64,000 nt of DNA from Fibrobacteria bacterium (GTDB lineage: Bacteria > Fibrobacterota > Fibrobacteria > UBA11236): positions 38,056 through 102,055 of the forward strand of contig JBGTHM010000034.1 of assembly GCA_041746255.1 (NCBI GenBank), given 5' to 3'. Every line of letters starts with the position of its first letter. Within the stretch, counting starts at the first letter, position 1. Below the pieces are notes generated by a model. The model saw nothing but the letters and a program-made list of their open reading frames with translations, was not told where the DNA came from and ran no database searches. A program made the translations under genes and the position numbers. Below, piece after piece: positions 1-9,394 of this stretch.

Positions 1-348
1 TAAATCGTTGCCGGTTTCGTAATGGCGCGCGACGGCGCTGAAGGCATCGGCTTTGGTTTGCTTGTTACGGATGCGCGCTTCGATGGAGGCGAGGGTCATG
101 CTAACGCTGTTCAACGCCTTCCGGTGAAGCCGGGCGGTCATGATTTTCGCCATGCAAAGGTCGAGCTCCTCACAATCCCACCAGCCGGCCATATAGGCTT
201 CGCCCATTCCCAGCGACCCCTGGGCCAGCACCTTGTCATAGAAGCGTTCGTCGTGGACTTGGATATCCCAAGGGTCGGTACCTCCGATTTCGACGCCGGC
301 TTGCAGGAAAAGGGATTCAAGGGTATTGGCCGAACCGAGTTGTAGCAT
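1..348 (-). CDS. cfa: Cyclopropane-fatty-acyl-phospholipid synthase, N-terminal part (runs off the window)
   Basis: Not in the ORF track. Manual translation from ATG 348 gives MLQLGSANTLESLFLQAGVEIGGTDPWDIQVHDERFYDKVLAQGSLGMGEAYMAGWWDCEELD...HYETGNDL, matching the Cfa pattern GSLGLGESYMDGWW...HYDLGNDL; GAGGAGGT RBS upstream. Confidence 0.92.
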   Translation of the reverse strand, partial: MLQLGSANTLESLFLQAGVEIGGTDPWDIQVHDERFYDKVLAQGSLGMGEAYMAGWWDCEELDLCMAKIMTARLHRKALNSVSMTLASIEARIRNKQTKADAFSAVARHYETGNDL

Positions 349-478
349 TGCGGGTTACCTCCTCGGCGGTAAAAATAAAATTTTGCAAAAAGGGAAGTAA
401 AGCATTTCCGTGGGCGAATAGCGGCCTATTTAGAGGGTAGGGTAAATGTTCCTTGCCGGATTTTCCATTTAGGAGTAA

Positions 479-500
479 AATTTAACTATATGATTAAATT
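479..500. promoter_or_regulatory. Probable TetR operator
   Basis: AATTTAA-ctatatga-TTAAATT inverted repeat ~30 bp upstream of the TetR start codon, in an AT-rich divergent intergenic region. Confidence 0.55.
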
Positions 501-527
501 TAAAGTTAAGCCAAATGAATAGGCATA

Positions 528-1193
528 ATGACTGATTTGGCTCCCGACACCCAATCCCGCATCCTCGCGGCAGCCCGGAGCGAATTCATCGCCAAAGGCC
601 TGGCGGGAGCCCGTATGCAAACCATAGCCGCCATGGCGGGTGTCAACCAGGCTTTGTTGCACTATTACTTTCGGACGAAGGAAAAGCTTTACGCCGAAGT
701 CCTAGATAACCTGCTGCGTACGGTGTGGGGAAGGCTACGGGAGCGCTCCCTACCGATGGAAGCCAAGGCGACCTCCCGCGACTGGGTTCGTGCCCTCGTA
801 TCGACATACCTGCGTGTCCTGGCGGCTCATCCCGAATTCATCCGTTTCATGTTGCGCGAATTGGCCGATGGCGCCCCCCGAGTGCCCGATGCCCTGGAAA
901 GGCTGATGGTCGATTTCGGCGACGTATTGCAGCGCATGCTGGCGGTTTTCCGGAAGGAAATCAAGGCGGGACGATTGCAGCCGATTGTGCCGACCCATTT
1001 TGTCCTGAATATGATGGGGATGACGGTGATGACCTTTTTGGGAATGCCGCTTCTCAAGGCTGCCGGGAAACGCATGGGGTTCGAAATCGATTTGGACGAC
1101 GCTTTTTTGGAGCAACGGGAAAAAAGCATAGTGGATACTTTGTTCAATGGCTTGGAGCCCTGCCTCCCGAAAAAAAAGGAGAAGCGCCGATAA
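528..1193 (+). CDS. TetR/AcrR family transcriptional regulator
   Basis: N-terminal HTH RILAAARSEFIAKGLAGARMQTIAAMAGVNQALLHYYFRTKEKLY; first gene of an efflux operon. Confidence 0.95.
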   Translation: MTDLAPDTQSRILAAARSEFIAKGLAGARMQTIAAMAGVNQALLHYYFRTKEKLYAEVLDNLLRTVWGRLRERSLPMEAKATSRDWVRALVSTYLRVLAAHPEFIRFMLRELADGAPRVPDALERLMVDFGDVLQRMLAVFRKEIKAGRLQPIVPTHFVLNMMGMTVMTFLGMPLLKAAGKRMGFEIDLDDAFLEQREKSIVDTLFNGLEPCLPKKKEKRR

Positions 1194-2518
1194 TGCGGAC
1201 ATCATGGCTTGGAATCCTCCTGTTCAGCGTACTGCATTCCGGTATGCTCTGGATAAATGCAGACGAGGAAAAAAGGGCATGGGTCGACCTTACTTTACCG
1301 GAAGCCCAAACAATGTTGCGGCAAAACAACCCGGACCTTCAAGCCGCCATCGCGCAGGTGCGGGCTTCGCATGCGGCCGTCGCGGAAGCGCGCGCTGCCT
1401 GGCTTCCTTCCCTGGATGCGGTGGGAAGCTATCACTATGCCACCGAAGTCGGCCAAATAGAATTTCCCCTCCCGAATCCTCCCGGAGGAACCCTCAGCCG
1501 GGAATTGGGCGATAGGGATCGCGCGGAAGCGGGCATCGAAGTGGGATATCTGGTTTTCGCAGGCGGGGCCCGGCGGCATGAGGGGCGAGCACGTCGTGAG
1601 GAAAGCGCTGCGGCGGAGGCCCGGGTGCGCGCCTTGACAAACCGGCTGGTCCTGCAATTGGGAATGCAATACCTGGCTTGGGAATTGGCTTGCCATCAAT
1701 CCGAACTTTCCCTCCGGTTACTGGCATTACGGGAGGCGCAGGTTAAACGCACGGAGGCCATGCGGATCCAGGGAATGGCCACTTCGGCTGCGCTGGCGGG
1801 CGCCCTCGCAGCCGAAGCCACGGCCTTGGCCGAAAGGGCCGAGACGGAAGGACGGCGCGATTCCTTGGCGGCGGAACTATCCTATTTGATAGGCGTGGAG
1901 GTGGAGAATTACCGACCCGTAGCATATGAGATACCCAACGAATGGCCTGCGCCGGAACCTACGGAAACGGAAAGCGCCGAGGCGCGGGCGATGCGCCATG
2001 GACTGGAGAGCCTGCGCGCCGGTCGTGAAGCGGTTTCGGCGCAACGGTGGCCGCGGCTGGGCGCCACCGTCGGATGGAAATACGCCAACCCCGGACTGAA
2101 TATCGGTTCCGATGAATTCATGGATTATGGACACGCCGGTTTTAGTTTGCGCTGGAATTTATTCGACGGTATGCGCCGGCGCGCTCAAGTGCGACAATTG
2201 GATGCGCGAAGCGAAGCCATGCGGCATGAATTAAGCCGAGTAGAAGCCGGATTTTCCAAAGCGCGTAAGCTGGCGAAAATCCAGGTTAACCGGTGGAAGA
2301 CCGCCGAGCGGGCAGCCGCGGCCTCGGTGGCAGCGGCCGTTGCGTATGCCGAAAATGTCCGTGAGTTGGCGGCGGGAAAGATGATTTCCGATGTGGAAGT
2401 CACCGAAGCGGATACCCGGGTATTGCAAGCCCAGCAGGCCGAAGCTGCGGCGCGCATGCGTGTGAGGGCCGCCCGGCTACAATGGCAATACGCGGCGGGA
2501 ATGGAACTAAAGTTTTGA
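1193..2518 (+). CDS. TolC family outer membrane efflux protein
   Basis: Start reassigned to ATG 1193, overlapping the TetR stop; signal peptide, QNNPDLQAA, ARAAWLPSL, WNLFDG motifs, helical repeats. Confidence 0.88.
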   Translation: MRTSWLGILLFSVLHSGMLWINADEEKRAWVDLTLPEAQTMLRQNNPDLQAAIAQVRASHAAVAEARAAWLPSLDAVGSYHYATEVGQIEFPLPNPPGGTLSRELGDRDRAEAGIEVGYLVFAGGARRHEGRARREESAAAEARVRALTNRLVLQLGMQYLAWELACHQSELSLRLLALREAQVKRTEAMRIQGMATSAALAGALAAEATALAERAETEGRRDSLAAELSYLIGVEVENYRPVAYEIPNEWPAPEPTETESAEARAMRHGLESLRAGREAVSAQRWPRLGATVGWKYANPGLNIGSDEFMDYGHAGFSLRWNLFDGMRRRAQVRQLDARSEAMRHELSRVEAGFSKARKLAKIQVNRWKTAERAAAASVAAAVAYAENVRELAAGKMISDVEVTEADTRVLQAQQAEAAARMRVRAARLQWQYAAGMELKF

Positions 2519-2543
2519 CCGGCGAAGGCAAGGGAGGTTGCAG

Positions 2544-3485
2544 GTGAGACGAAAATTGATAACGAGTCGGTCGGGTATGGTTCTGCTGGCGGCGGGCTTG
2601 TTCGTGATCGGATGTATGCAGGATGTCCCCGATGGATTTTTGGGATCGGGTCTGGTCGAGGCGCGCTCCTATCAAATCGCCGCGGCTTCTTCCGGTCGAT
2701 TGGTATGGCTGGCCGCGCGTGAAGGCGATTCGGTGAGAGCGGGGCAATTGATCGCCGTGGTGGATACCACGCATTTGGCGTTGCGGCTGAAGGAGACCGA
2801 AGCCTTGAGTCGGGAATTGGGAGCGGGCCGCTCCGGGCAGAAGAGCCAGACGCGGGCCATGGAAGAAGAAATTGTCGGACTGGAACGGGAATTGCAACGC
2901 ATCGCTCCCTTGACCGAATCGGGCGCGCTGCCGGCTCAACAAAAGGACCAATTGCAAACCCAGTTGCAAAGCGCCCGCAGCCGACTGCAATCGGCGCGGC
3001 AAAACCAGTCGGGTACCGACGCCAAGGTGGAAGCCTTCGAAGCGCGTATCGAACAGATTCTTGCGCAGGTTAAGGAAAATTATATTGTCGCTCCGCGAGG
3101 AGGTCGCCTGCTGACCCAATTTAAAAGTCTGGGCGAGATGGTAATGCCCGGTCAACCGATTTTCGAACTTGCCCGCGAAGATACCCTGCAGGTGGATTTC
3201 TTCGTTCCCCAATACCTGTTAGGAAGCCTGCGATACGGCCAGGAGGTTCGCTTGCGGGTGGACATGGGGAAAGCGGAGGACGAAGCGGTCTTGCTTCCCG
3301 CGGTGATTTCCTGGACCAGCAACGAAGCGGAGTTCTCTCCCAAGAATATTCAAACCCGGCAGAGTCGCCAGGAGCTGGTCTTCCGCGTACGCGCATTGGC
3401 AGGCAACGAGCGGGGACTTCTCAAGCGGGGATTGCCGGTGGAAGTCTGGGTCGCCGCCGAATCGGAAAAAGGGCCGTCTCCATGA
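2544..3485 (+). CDS. HlyD family membrane fusion protein (YbhG-like)
   Basis: REGDSVRAGQLIA lipoyl-like half, coiled coil, IVAPRGG, AEFSPKNIQT motif; GGGAGG RBS. Confidence 0.92.
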   Translation: MRRKLITSRSGMVLLAAGLFVIGCMQDVPDGFLGSGLVEARSYQIAAASSGRLVWLAAREGDSVRAGQLIAVVDTTHLALRLKETEALSRELGAGRSGQKSQTRAMEEEIVGLERELQRIAPLTESGALPAQQKDQLQTQLQSARSRLQSARQNQSGTDAKVEAFEARIEQILAQVKENYIVAPRGGRLLTQFKSLGEMVMPGQPIFELAREDTLQVDFFVPQYLLGSLRYGQEVRLRVDMGKAEDEAVLLPAVISWTSNEAEFSPKNIQTRQSRQELVFRVRALAGNERGLLKRGLPVEVWVAAESEKGPSP

Positions 3486-4429
3486 GGGAAGCGAATAACG
3501 CAGTAGCCGTATCGGTGGACAATCTTTGCAAGGATTACGCGGGAGAAAAGGCCTTGCGTAACCTGTCGCTTACCGTGCCGGCCGGTAGCCTATTCGGACT
3601 TATCGGGGCGGACGGGGCGGGCAAGTCCACATTGCTGCGCATTCTCGCCACCCTGGAGAATTCCGATTCCGGGAGCGCGCGGGTCCTAGGCTCGGACGTA
3701 CATAAGGATTATCGAGTCTTACGAGCGGCCTTGGGCTATATGCCTCAGCGTTTCTCCCTGTATTCGGATCTTTCCGTAGGGGAAAACCTGGATTTTTTCG
3801 CGGATGTTTTCGGGATAACGGGGGCGCAACGTCGGGAGCGCATGGAAAAACTACTCGACTTCTCCGGTCTCGGCCCTTTTCACAAACGGCGCGCGGGGCA
3901 ACTCAGCGGCGGCATGAAACAGAAGCTGGCATTATGCTGCACTCTACTCCATTCGCCGCGATTGCTCCTTTTGGACGAGCCGACCATCGGAGTGGATCCT
4001 GTTTCGCGGGGCGAATTCTGGGATATGCTGTTCGCATTACGTAACCAAGGAGTTACCCTGGTGGTGGCTACTCCCTATATGGACGAAGCGGAAAAATGCG
4101 ATTCGCTTTTACTGTTGCATCAGGGCGAGATTCTGGAGGAGGGGACCCCGGATGAATTGCGGCGAAGGTATCCCTATGCTCTTTATCGCGTCGAAGGCAG
4201 GGGAACCTTGCATTTTCCCGTCGGAAAGCCGCCGCAGGGGTTGGCTATGCTCTATCCCCTGGGCGGGGTGTTGCATGCGGCCGTCGACAAGTTCTCCGGA
4301 AAAGCCGATGAGACCGTCTTTTGGCGGGATATTCAAGCCGCAGTTCCGGAAGCGGTGAGTATGTCTCCCGCGCAGCCGGGCGTCGAAGACGTTTTTATGC
4401 GCCTGCTATCCGAACGACCGGAAACCTGA
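3482..4429 (+). CDS. ABC transporter ATP-binding protein
   Basis: GADGAGKST Walker A, LSGGMKQ signature, LLLLDEPT Walker B. Confidence 0.95.
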   Translation: MREANNAVAVSVDNLCKDYAGEKALRNLSLTVPAGSLFGLIGADGAGKSTLLRILATLENSDSGSARVLGSDVHKDYRVLRAALGYMPQRFSLYSDLSVGENLDFFADVFGITGAQRRERMEKLLDFSGLGPFHKRRAGQLSGGMKQKLALCCTLLHSPRLLLLDEPTIGVDPVSRGEFWDMLFALRNQGVTLVVATPYMDEAEKCDSLLLLHQGEILEEGTPDELRRRYPYALYRVEGRGTLHFPVGKPPQGLAMLYPLGGVLHAAVDKFSGKADETVFWRDIQAAVPEAVSMSPAQPGVEDVFMRLLSERPET

Positions 4430-4436
4430 GAAAACC

Positions 4437-5204
4437 ATGAACGGCGCGGCCAGCATCGAAACGCGGGGATTGACCAAAACCTTCGGAACCTTCACCGCGG
4501 TGGACGCCATTGATGTGTCGGTTAAGCGGGGGGAGATATTCGGTTTTCTGGGCGCCAACGGAGCCGGAAAAACCACCGCCATCCGCATGCTTTGCGGCCT
4601 TCTCACGCCCTCATCCGGTGCGGGCAAGGTGGCGGGATTCGACATTATGCGCCAAGGCGCGGACATTCGCACCCGCATAGGGTATATGGCGCAAAAGTTC
4701 TCCCTGTACCCCGACCTCACCTTGGAACAGAACATGCGTCTGTACGGTTCCCTCTACGGCCTTCCGCGACGGGAATTACGCGACCGCATCGACAAGATGG
4801 CAGAGCAGGTCGGCTTGAGCGATAAGCTTTCCCGCAAAACCCAGGAGCTTCCGCTGGGATGGCAGCAGCGCCTAAGCTTGGCATGCGCCAATCTACATCG
4901 CCCCGAAATCCTGTTTCTGGACGAGCCTACGGGTTCGGTCGATCCTCTCAGCCGCCGCCGTTTCTGGGACATGCTGCACTCCCTTTCGCAAGCGGGAACC
5001 ACTATTTTCGTCACCACTCATTACATGGACGAAGCGGAATATTGCCATCGCATTTCCTTGATGGCTTCTGGTCGTATCGCGGCGGAGGGGAGTCCCGCGG
5101 AACTCAAATCCCGCTTGGATTGCGCGAGCCTGCAGGACGTTTTTCTAAAAGTCATGCAAAAGGAAGCGCGGCTGGGTAATGGGCAAGCGGGAGAACGGAA
5201 ATGA
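4437..5204 (+). CDS. ABC transporter ATP-binding protein (YbhF C-terminal-half-like)
   Basis: GANGAGKTT, LPLGWQQRL variant signature, ILFLDEPT, TTHYMDEAE. Confidence 0.95.
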   Translation: MNGAASIETRGLTKTFGTFTAVDAIDVSVKRGEIFGFLGANGAGKTTAIRMLCGLLTPSSGAGKVAGFDIMRQGADIRTRIGYMAQKFSLYPDLTLEQNMRLYGSLYGLPRRELRDRIDKMAEQVGLSDKLSRKTQELPLGWQQRLSLACANLHRPEILFLDEPTGSVDPLSRRRFWDMLHSLSQAGTTIFVTTHYMDEAEYCHRISLMASGRIAAEGSPAELKSRLDCASLQDVFLKVMQKEARLGNGQAGERK

Positions 5205-6319
5205 AAAGTTTTTCTCCGCGCCGGGTGGTAGCCATGGCGCGCAAGGAATTCCGTCACATTCTCCGCGACGGCCAGACTCTGGCTATTATCCTCGTCTTGC
5301 CGGTATTCATGATGTTTCTTTACGGCTATGCCTTGAATCTCGATCCCAGCGAAATAGCCGTGATAGTGGAAGACGCCGAAGGCAGCCGGGAATCCCGTTT
5401 CGTTATTTCCGCCATCGACGCGTCCGATATGTTCGCAGTGGTAGGTACTCGTAACGCCGCTGCGCATCCCGAGGCCCTGTTCCGGGGCCAGGATGTACGT
5501 GCCGTGTTCCGCATTCCCGCGGGATTCACCCATTCCTTGCGGAGCGCGGGTAGCCCCGCCCGTGTGCAAGTACTCATCGACGGAGCCGATCCCAATTTGG
5601 CGACCCTGATCCGTAACGCCGCCGCGCCCTTGGTCCGAGGCGCATCGCTGGAAATTCTGGGGATAAGTCCTCCCAGTCTAATCGCTCCACTCAGCGTGAT
5701 ACTCTACAATCCGGAGCAGAAAAGCTCGTTGTATTTTGTACCGGGGCTCATGGCCGTCATCTTGCTGCTCATTTCCGCCCTTTTGACTTCGGTGACCTTG
5801 GTGCGTGAAAAGGAAAGCGGAACCCTGGAGCAGCTTTTCATCACTCCTTTGCATCCCTTCGAAATTCTGACTGGGAAGATGCTTCCCTATATCCTTTTGG
5901 CCGCAGTGGACGGAGTATTGGTAATGGCAGTGGGTTACGCCGCTTTCGATTTGCGGGTGAAAGGAAGCCTTCTGTTCCTCTCCTTCGCCAGTCTCATTTA
6001 CATCTTCGCGGGACTTTCTTTGGGCCTACTCATCAGCACTGTCGCCAAACGGCAGCAGCATGCAATGATGTTGGCCTTGGGAGCGACCCTGATGCCCAGC
6101 GTCATCCTCTCCGGTTTCATCTTCCCCATCGCGGGCATGCCCGCTTTTCTACAAGCGCTCTCGCATATCATTCCCGCGACCTGGTTCCTCGAAATCGTGC
6201 GGGGAGTGGTGCTAAAAGGGACGGGTCTGGCTGAGTTGGGTCTGCAGGTCTTGGCGCTGTCGGTGGAGGGTTTCCTTTTACTGGGTCTGGCGCTCTTGAA
6301 ATTCCGGAGCAAACTGTGA
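5201..6319 (+). CDS. ABC-2 type permease (YbhS-like)
   Basis: KEFRHILRD, YNPE...YFVPGL, REKESGTLEQL, multiple TM helices. Confidence 0.93.
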   Translation: MKSFSPRRVVAMARKEFRHILRDGQTLAIILVLPVFMMFLYGYALNLDPSEIAVIVEDAEGSRESRFVISAIDASDMFAVVGTRNAAAHPEALFRGQDVRAVFRIPAGFTHSLRSAGSPARVQVLIDGADPNLATLIRNAAAPLVRGASLEILGISPPSLIAPLSVILYNPEQKSSLYFVPGLMAVILLLISALLTSVTLVREKESGTLEQLFITPLHPFEILTGKMLPYILLAAVDGVLVMAVGYAAFDLRVKGSLLFLSFASLIYIFAGLSLGLLISTVAKRQQHAMMLALGATLMPSVILSGFIFPIAGMPAFLQALSHIIPATWFLEIVRGVVLKGTGLAELGLQVLALSVEGFLLLGLALLKFRSKL

Positions 6320-7479
6320 AGGGATTGCTGGTGGTGGTGTGGAAGGAAATGCTGCATTTGCGGGGCGACAAAACGGGCCTCCGTCTCATGTTCCTGGTGC
6401 CGGTGGTGCAATTGTTCGTGCTGGGATACGCGCTGACCACCGAAGTAAAGAACACACCCGTAGCCGTGGTGGATTATTGCGCATGTGAACAAAGCCGATC
6501 CCTGGCGCATACCGTGCTTTCCCACCCGCTGTTTCGCTCCCAGGGTTTTGTGGAGTCCGAAAAGCAAATGCGGCGTCTCATGGATAGGGGCGAAGTGCGC
6601 GTGGGCCTTGTCATCCCTCCCGACTTTTCCATGCGCCTGGAAGCTTCGTGGCGAGCGATTAATTCGGGAAAATCGAGGCCTGATAGGGGTGCTCCCGTGC
6701 GGGTGATTATCGACGGGCAGGACGGAAATTCCTCGCAAGTGGCGGGAGGCTATTTGCAGGCCATACTCAGGCAATGGTCCGGACAGCGATTGGAGGAGCA
6801 AATTGCGGGAACGGGACGCAATGTTCGGCAAATGGTTCCGGTGGAGGTGGATGAAGCTTTTCTGTTCAATCCGCTGCTCAAATCCTCCTGGTACATGGTT
6901 CCCGGAATCGCAGTATTGTTGGTGACCATGGTCACCGCGCTGTTGACCGGACTGTCCATCGTTCGGGAAAAAGAAGCCGGCACTTTGGAGCAGTTGATGG
7001 TCACGCCTATCCGTCCCTGGCAGGTAGTATTGGGAAAAACCGGCCCCTATATGCTTATCGGTTTTTTCGAACTTTCGGCGATTCTCCTTCTGGCGGGGCT
7101 TTGGTTCGGAATTCCCATGCGCGGGAGCGTGTTCTTGCTTTTTTTCTTCGCCTTCATCTACATGTTCTCGTCTCTCGGCATCGGCATACTCGTCTCCACC
7201 CTGGCGCGGACCCAGGTACAAGCCCTGTTCATGATCTGGTTTTTTCTGCTCTTCTTCATTCTGTTAAGCGGATTTTTCGTCCCCATTCAAAACCTCCCCG
7301 GATGGGTCCAGAACCTCACTTTGGTCAACCCGGTTCGCTATTTCATGGCGGCCTTGCGCGACATTCTGCTCAAGGGGTCGGATTTTTCGAGCCTCTATGG
7401 TCATGCAACATCCATGTTGCTGCTCGGAGCGGGTTTGTTCGGAGCGGCGTTTTTAACTTTCAAACGTAAAGTGGAATAG
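6316..7479 (+). CDS. ABC-2 type permease (YbhR-like)
   Basis: KEMLHLRGD, FNPLL...YMVPGI, REKEAGTLEQLMVTP, NPVRYF; paralog of the preceding gene. Confidence 0.93.
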   Translation: MKGLLVVVWKEMLHLRGDKTGLRLMFLVPVVQLFVLGYALTTEVKNTPVAVVDYCACEQSRSLAHTVLSHPLFRSQGFVESEKQMRRLMDRGEVRVGLVIPPDFSMRLEASWRAINSGKSRPDRGAPVRVIIDGQDGNSSQVAGGYLQAILRQWSGQRLEEQIAGTGRNVRQMVPVEVDEAFLFNPLLKSSWYMVPGIAVLLVTMVTALLTGLSIVREKEAGTLEQLMVTPIRPWQVVLGKTGPYMLIGFFELSAILLLAGLWFGIPMRGSVFLLFFFAFIYMFSSLGIGILVSTLARTQVQALFMIWFFLLFFILLSGFFVPIQNLPGWVQNLTLVNPVRYFMAALRDILLKGSDFSSLYGHATSMLLLGAGLFGAAFLTFKRKVE

Positions 7480-7510
7480 TAAAATGGTGAGGGAAAAGGC
7501 CGAGTGTGCT

Positions 7511-8656
7511 TCAGAAATTAAAAAGCAGCCTGCCTTCGATAACATCGGCGTAAAAATCCAGAGTATTGAAATACCGGAAGTACTTCAAAGAAAGCGAGCA
7601 ACCGAGGAGAAAATCCAGGGAAGGTCGGGTTTCGGCCATGCCCTTGAACAAATAGGTCAGCCCCAGTCCGGCATTGTTCGAATCGAAATCGCGCAACTTG
7701 TAGTCCCCGGTTAAATAGGGCATGCTATTTTCCGAAGAATAATTTTCCCGCCAGAAATTCGCCGCCCCTTGCCGGTAGAAACGGTATTCGGGGCTGATAA
7801 TCCAGTTGGGGGTCACATATTTGTTACCCCTCAATCCGAAGGTATGCGAATCGATGCTCCAATCGTCCCAGTAATAGCGATAGTGGAGCAGCACGCTTGC
7901 GTCCAAATCGGCGAAAGAATAGGCGTAATCACCCCAGGCGGCATGCCGAAAGCGAATCTTGGGATGGGCTTCCCGCGTTTCCTCGTAAATTGGCATCGCC
8001 GCGCCCGGAGCGGTATTCACACGTAGGTGGCGATAGGGATCGCTGTTGAATCCGTTTTGGCGCATGCCGTCATACCCCAACCGAATCCAACTGACGGGGG
8101 AGAGTAATTGCGTCAAGGCCACTCCCGCCTGATGCACTTCTTTGAACCGGTAGACAAGGTTTCCCACGCGCGGTATCTCTCCCACGGAGTCGAGGCTGTA
8201 TTGTCCTTTGAGGAAAAAGGTGGTGTTTTTCTTGAAAAGCTCCTGGGTGAAAGACCCAATCAAAGAACGCGAGAGATAGTCCGCCTCCTCGCTGTGGTAG
8301 ACGCTGGCGGCTACGCGGGTATCGGATCCCAGGCCCTGTTCCACCCCGAGAATCACCTGCCCCCGGTTTTTACGATAGACTTGACCTTCCTGCCTTTGCG
8401 GGCGTGAGGCTCCGCTTACGCCATCCAGAATGGGAGGAAGCGAGATTTGATCCAGCTCAACGTCCATGAGAACCAGGGTGCTGCGCCAAACCGTTTTGGA
8501 AATGGAAATGGAGGAGGTGAAAACCGAGTTTTGGGAATTATCACCGAAATAATAAGTGGTATAGGAAAGTTCGTCGGCCGCAAGCGGATGCCCTGCAAAA
8601 GCCACGGCGAGGAAAAAGCGAAGCGGAGAAAAAAGTGAGGAAAGGTTTCGAATCAT
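7511..8656 (-). CDS. DUF3570-like outer membrane beta-barrel with DxxSGAS flavinylation motif
   Basis: Start reassigned to ATG 8656, overlapping the upstream stop; signal peptide, LDGVSGAS, SEEADYLS, GFNSDPY, YRYYWDDWSIDSHT, YRFYRQGAANF, terminal Phe. Confidence 0.8.
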   Translation of the reverse strand: MIRNLSSLFSPLRFFLAVAFAGHPLAADELSYTTYYFGDNSQNSVFTSSISISKTVWRSTLVLMDVELDQISLPPILDGVSGASRPQRQEGQVYRKNRGQVILGVEQGLGSDTRVAASVYHSEEADYLSRSLIGSFTQELFKKNTTFFLKGQYSLDSVGEIPRVGNLVYRFKEVHQAGVALTQLLSPVSWIRLGYDGMRQNGFNSDPYRHLRVNTAPGAAMPIYEETREAHPKIRFRHAAWGDYAYSFADLDASVLLHYRYYWDDWSIDSHTFGLRGNKYVTPNWIISPEYRFYRQGAANFWRENYSSENSMPYLTGDYKLRDFDSNNAGLGLTYLFKGMAETRPSLDFLLGCSLSLKYFRYFNTLDFYADVIEGRLLFNF

Positions 8657-8904
8657 TTGGCGCAGCCGCAGCCGCCTCCCACACCCTTGCCGCCCCCGAA
8701 GCTGCCCTCGCGCGTGGAAAAGAATTTGGCTTCGAGGGATTGCTTCGCGATGGAATTGCCCGAATCCATGATGGGATCGGAAAGCTTTTCCCTTTGATAA
8801 GGCTCCACCACGGCGCATCCGGAAAGTTGGATCCATAAAAAGGCCGCCCCGGCGGCGGTGGCGACGGCGGAGAAGCGGCGTGCGAGAATCCGCCACTTAC
8901 TCAA
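8653..8904 (-). CDS. DUF4266-like small lipoprotein
   Basis: Lipobox LSGC, VEPYQREKLSDPIM, C-terminal REGSFGGGKGVGGGCGC; start codon uncertain (TTG 8904 chosen). Confidence 0.8.
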   Translation of the reverse strand: MSKWRILARRFSAVATAAGAAFLWIQLSGCAVVEPYQREKLSDPIMDSGNSIAKQSLEAKFFSTREGSFGGGKGVGGGCGCAK

Positions 8905-9394
8905 GCATGAGTTTTTCAAGCTCCGCCTCCATTTCCTGCAAGGTGTTTTCAGTATAACCGTCGAAGCGTTTCCACAAATTTCCGGATTTATCGATGAGAA
9001 AGGCGGCGGGCATTCCCTCGATGGCATAAGCTTTGGCCGCGATTTGCTTGCCGTCGTAAAGAGGAATCATGGCTTGCGCCTTACCCTTGAGGAAGCCTCT
9101 GGCCTTGCCCTTATCGCCGTCGAGATTGACGGTGACGACGGTGGCCCCAGAGTGGCGCGCGGCCACTTTCTCCAATTCGGGCAGCGACTTGCGGCAGGGA
9201 GCGCACCAGGTCGCCCAGAAGTCGATTAACACCGCGCGGCCCTTGAAATCGTGCGGGCCAAATAAAGAGTCGTTGTATAGATGCGGCAGGTCGAAGGCCG
9301 GGGCTGGTTGAAGTTGGGATGCATGAATGGAAATGGCCGCCGGCAAGAGTAGCAGGCAGGTTAACAACCCCGAAGCGATACCGATAATTTTCAC
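8897..9394 (-). CDS. TlpA/ResA family thiol-disulfide oxidoreductase
   Basis: DFWATWCAPC motif, GMPAAFLID cis-Pro loop, signal peptide; GTG 9394 overlaps the upstream TGA. Confidence 0.92.
   Translation of the reverse strand: MKIIGIASGLLTCLLLLPAAISIHASQLQPAPAFDLPHLYNDSLFGPHDFKGRAVLIDFWATWCAPCRKSLPELEKVAARHSGATVVTVNLDGDKGKARGFLKGKAQAMIPLYDGKQIAAKAYAIEGMPAAFLIDKSGNLWKRFDGYTENTLQEMEAELEKLMLE

Noticed and set aside
22..345. 107-aa plus-strand ORF in the track
   Set aside because: Antisense shadow of cfa, which has clear family motifs and an RBS.
8657..8896. N-terminal extension of the DUF3570-like ORF
   Set aside because: Overlaps the DUF4266-like gene in another frame; the signal peptide begins at ATG 8656.
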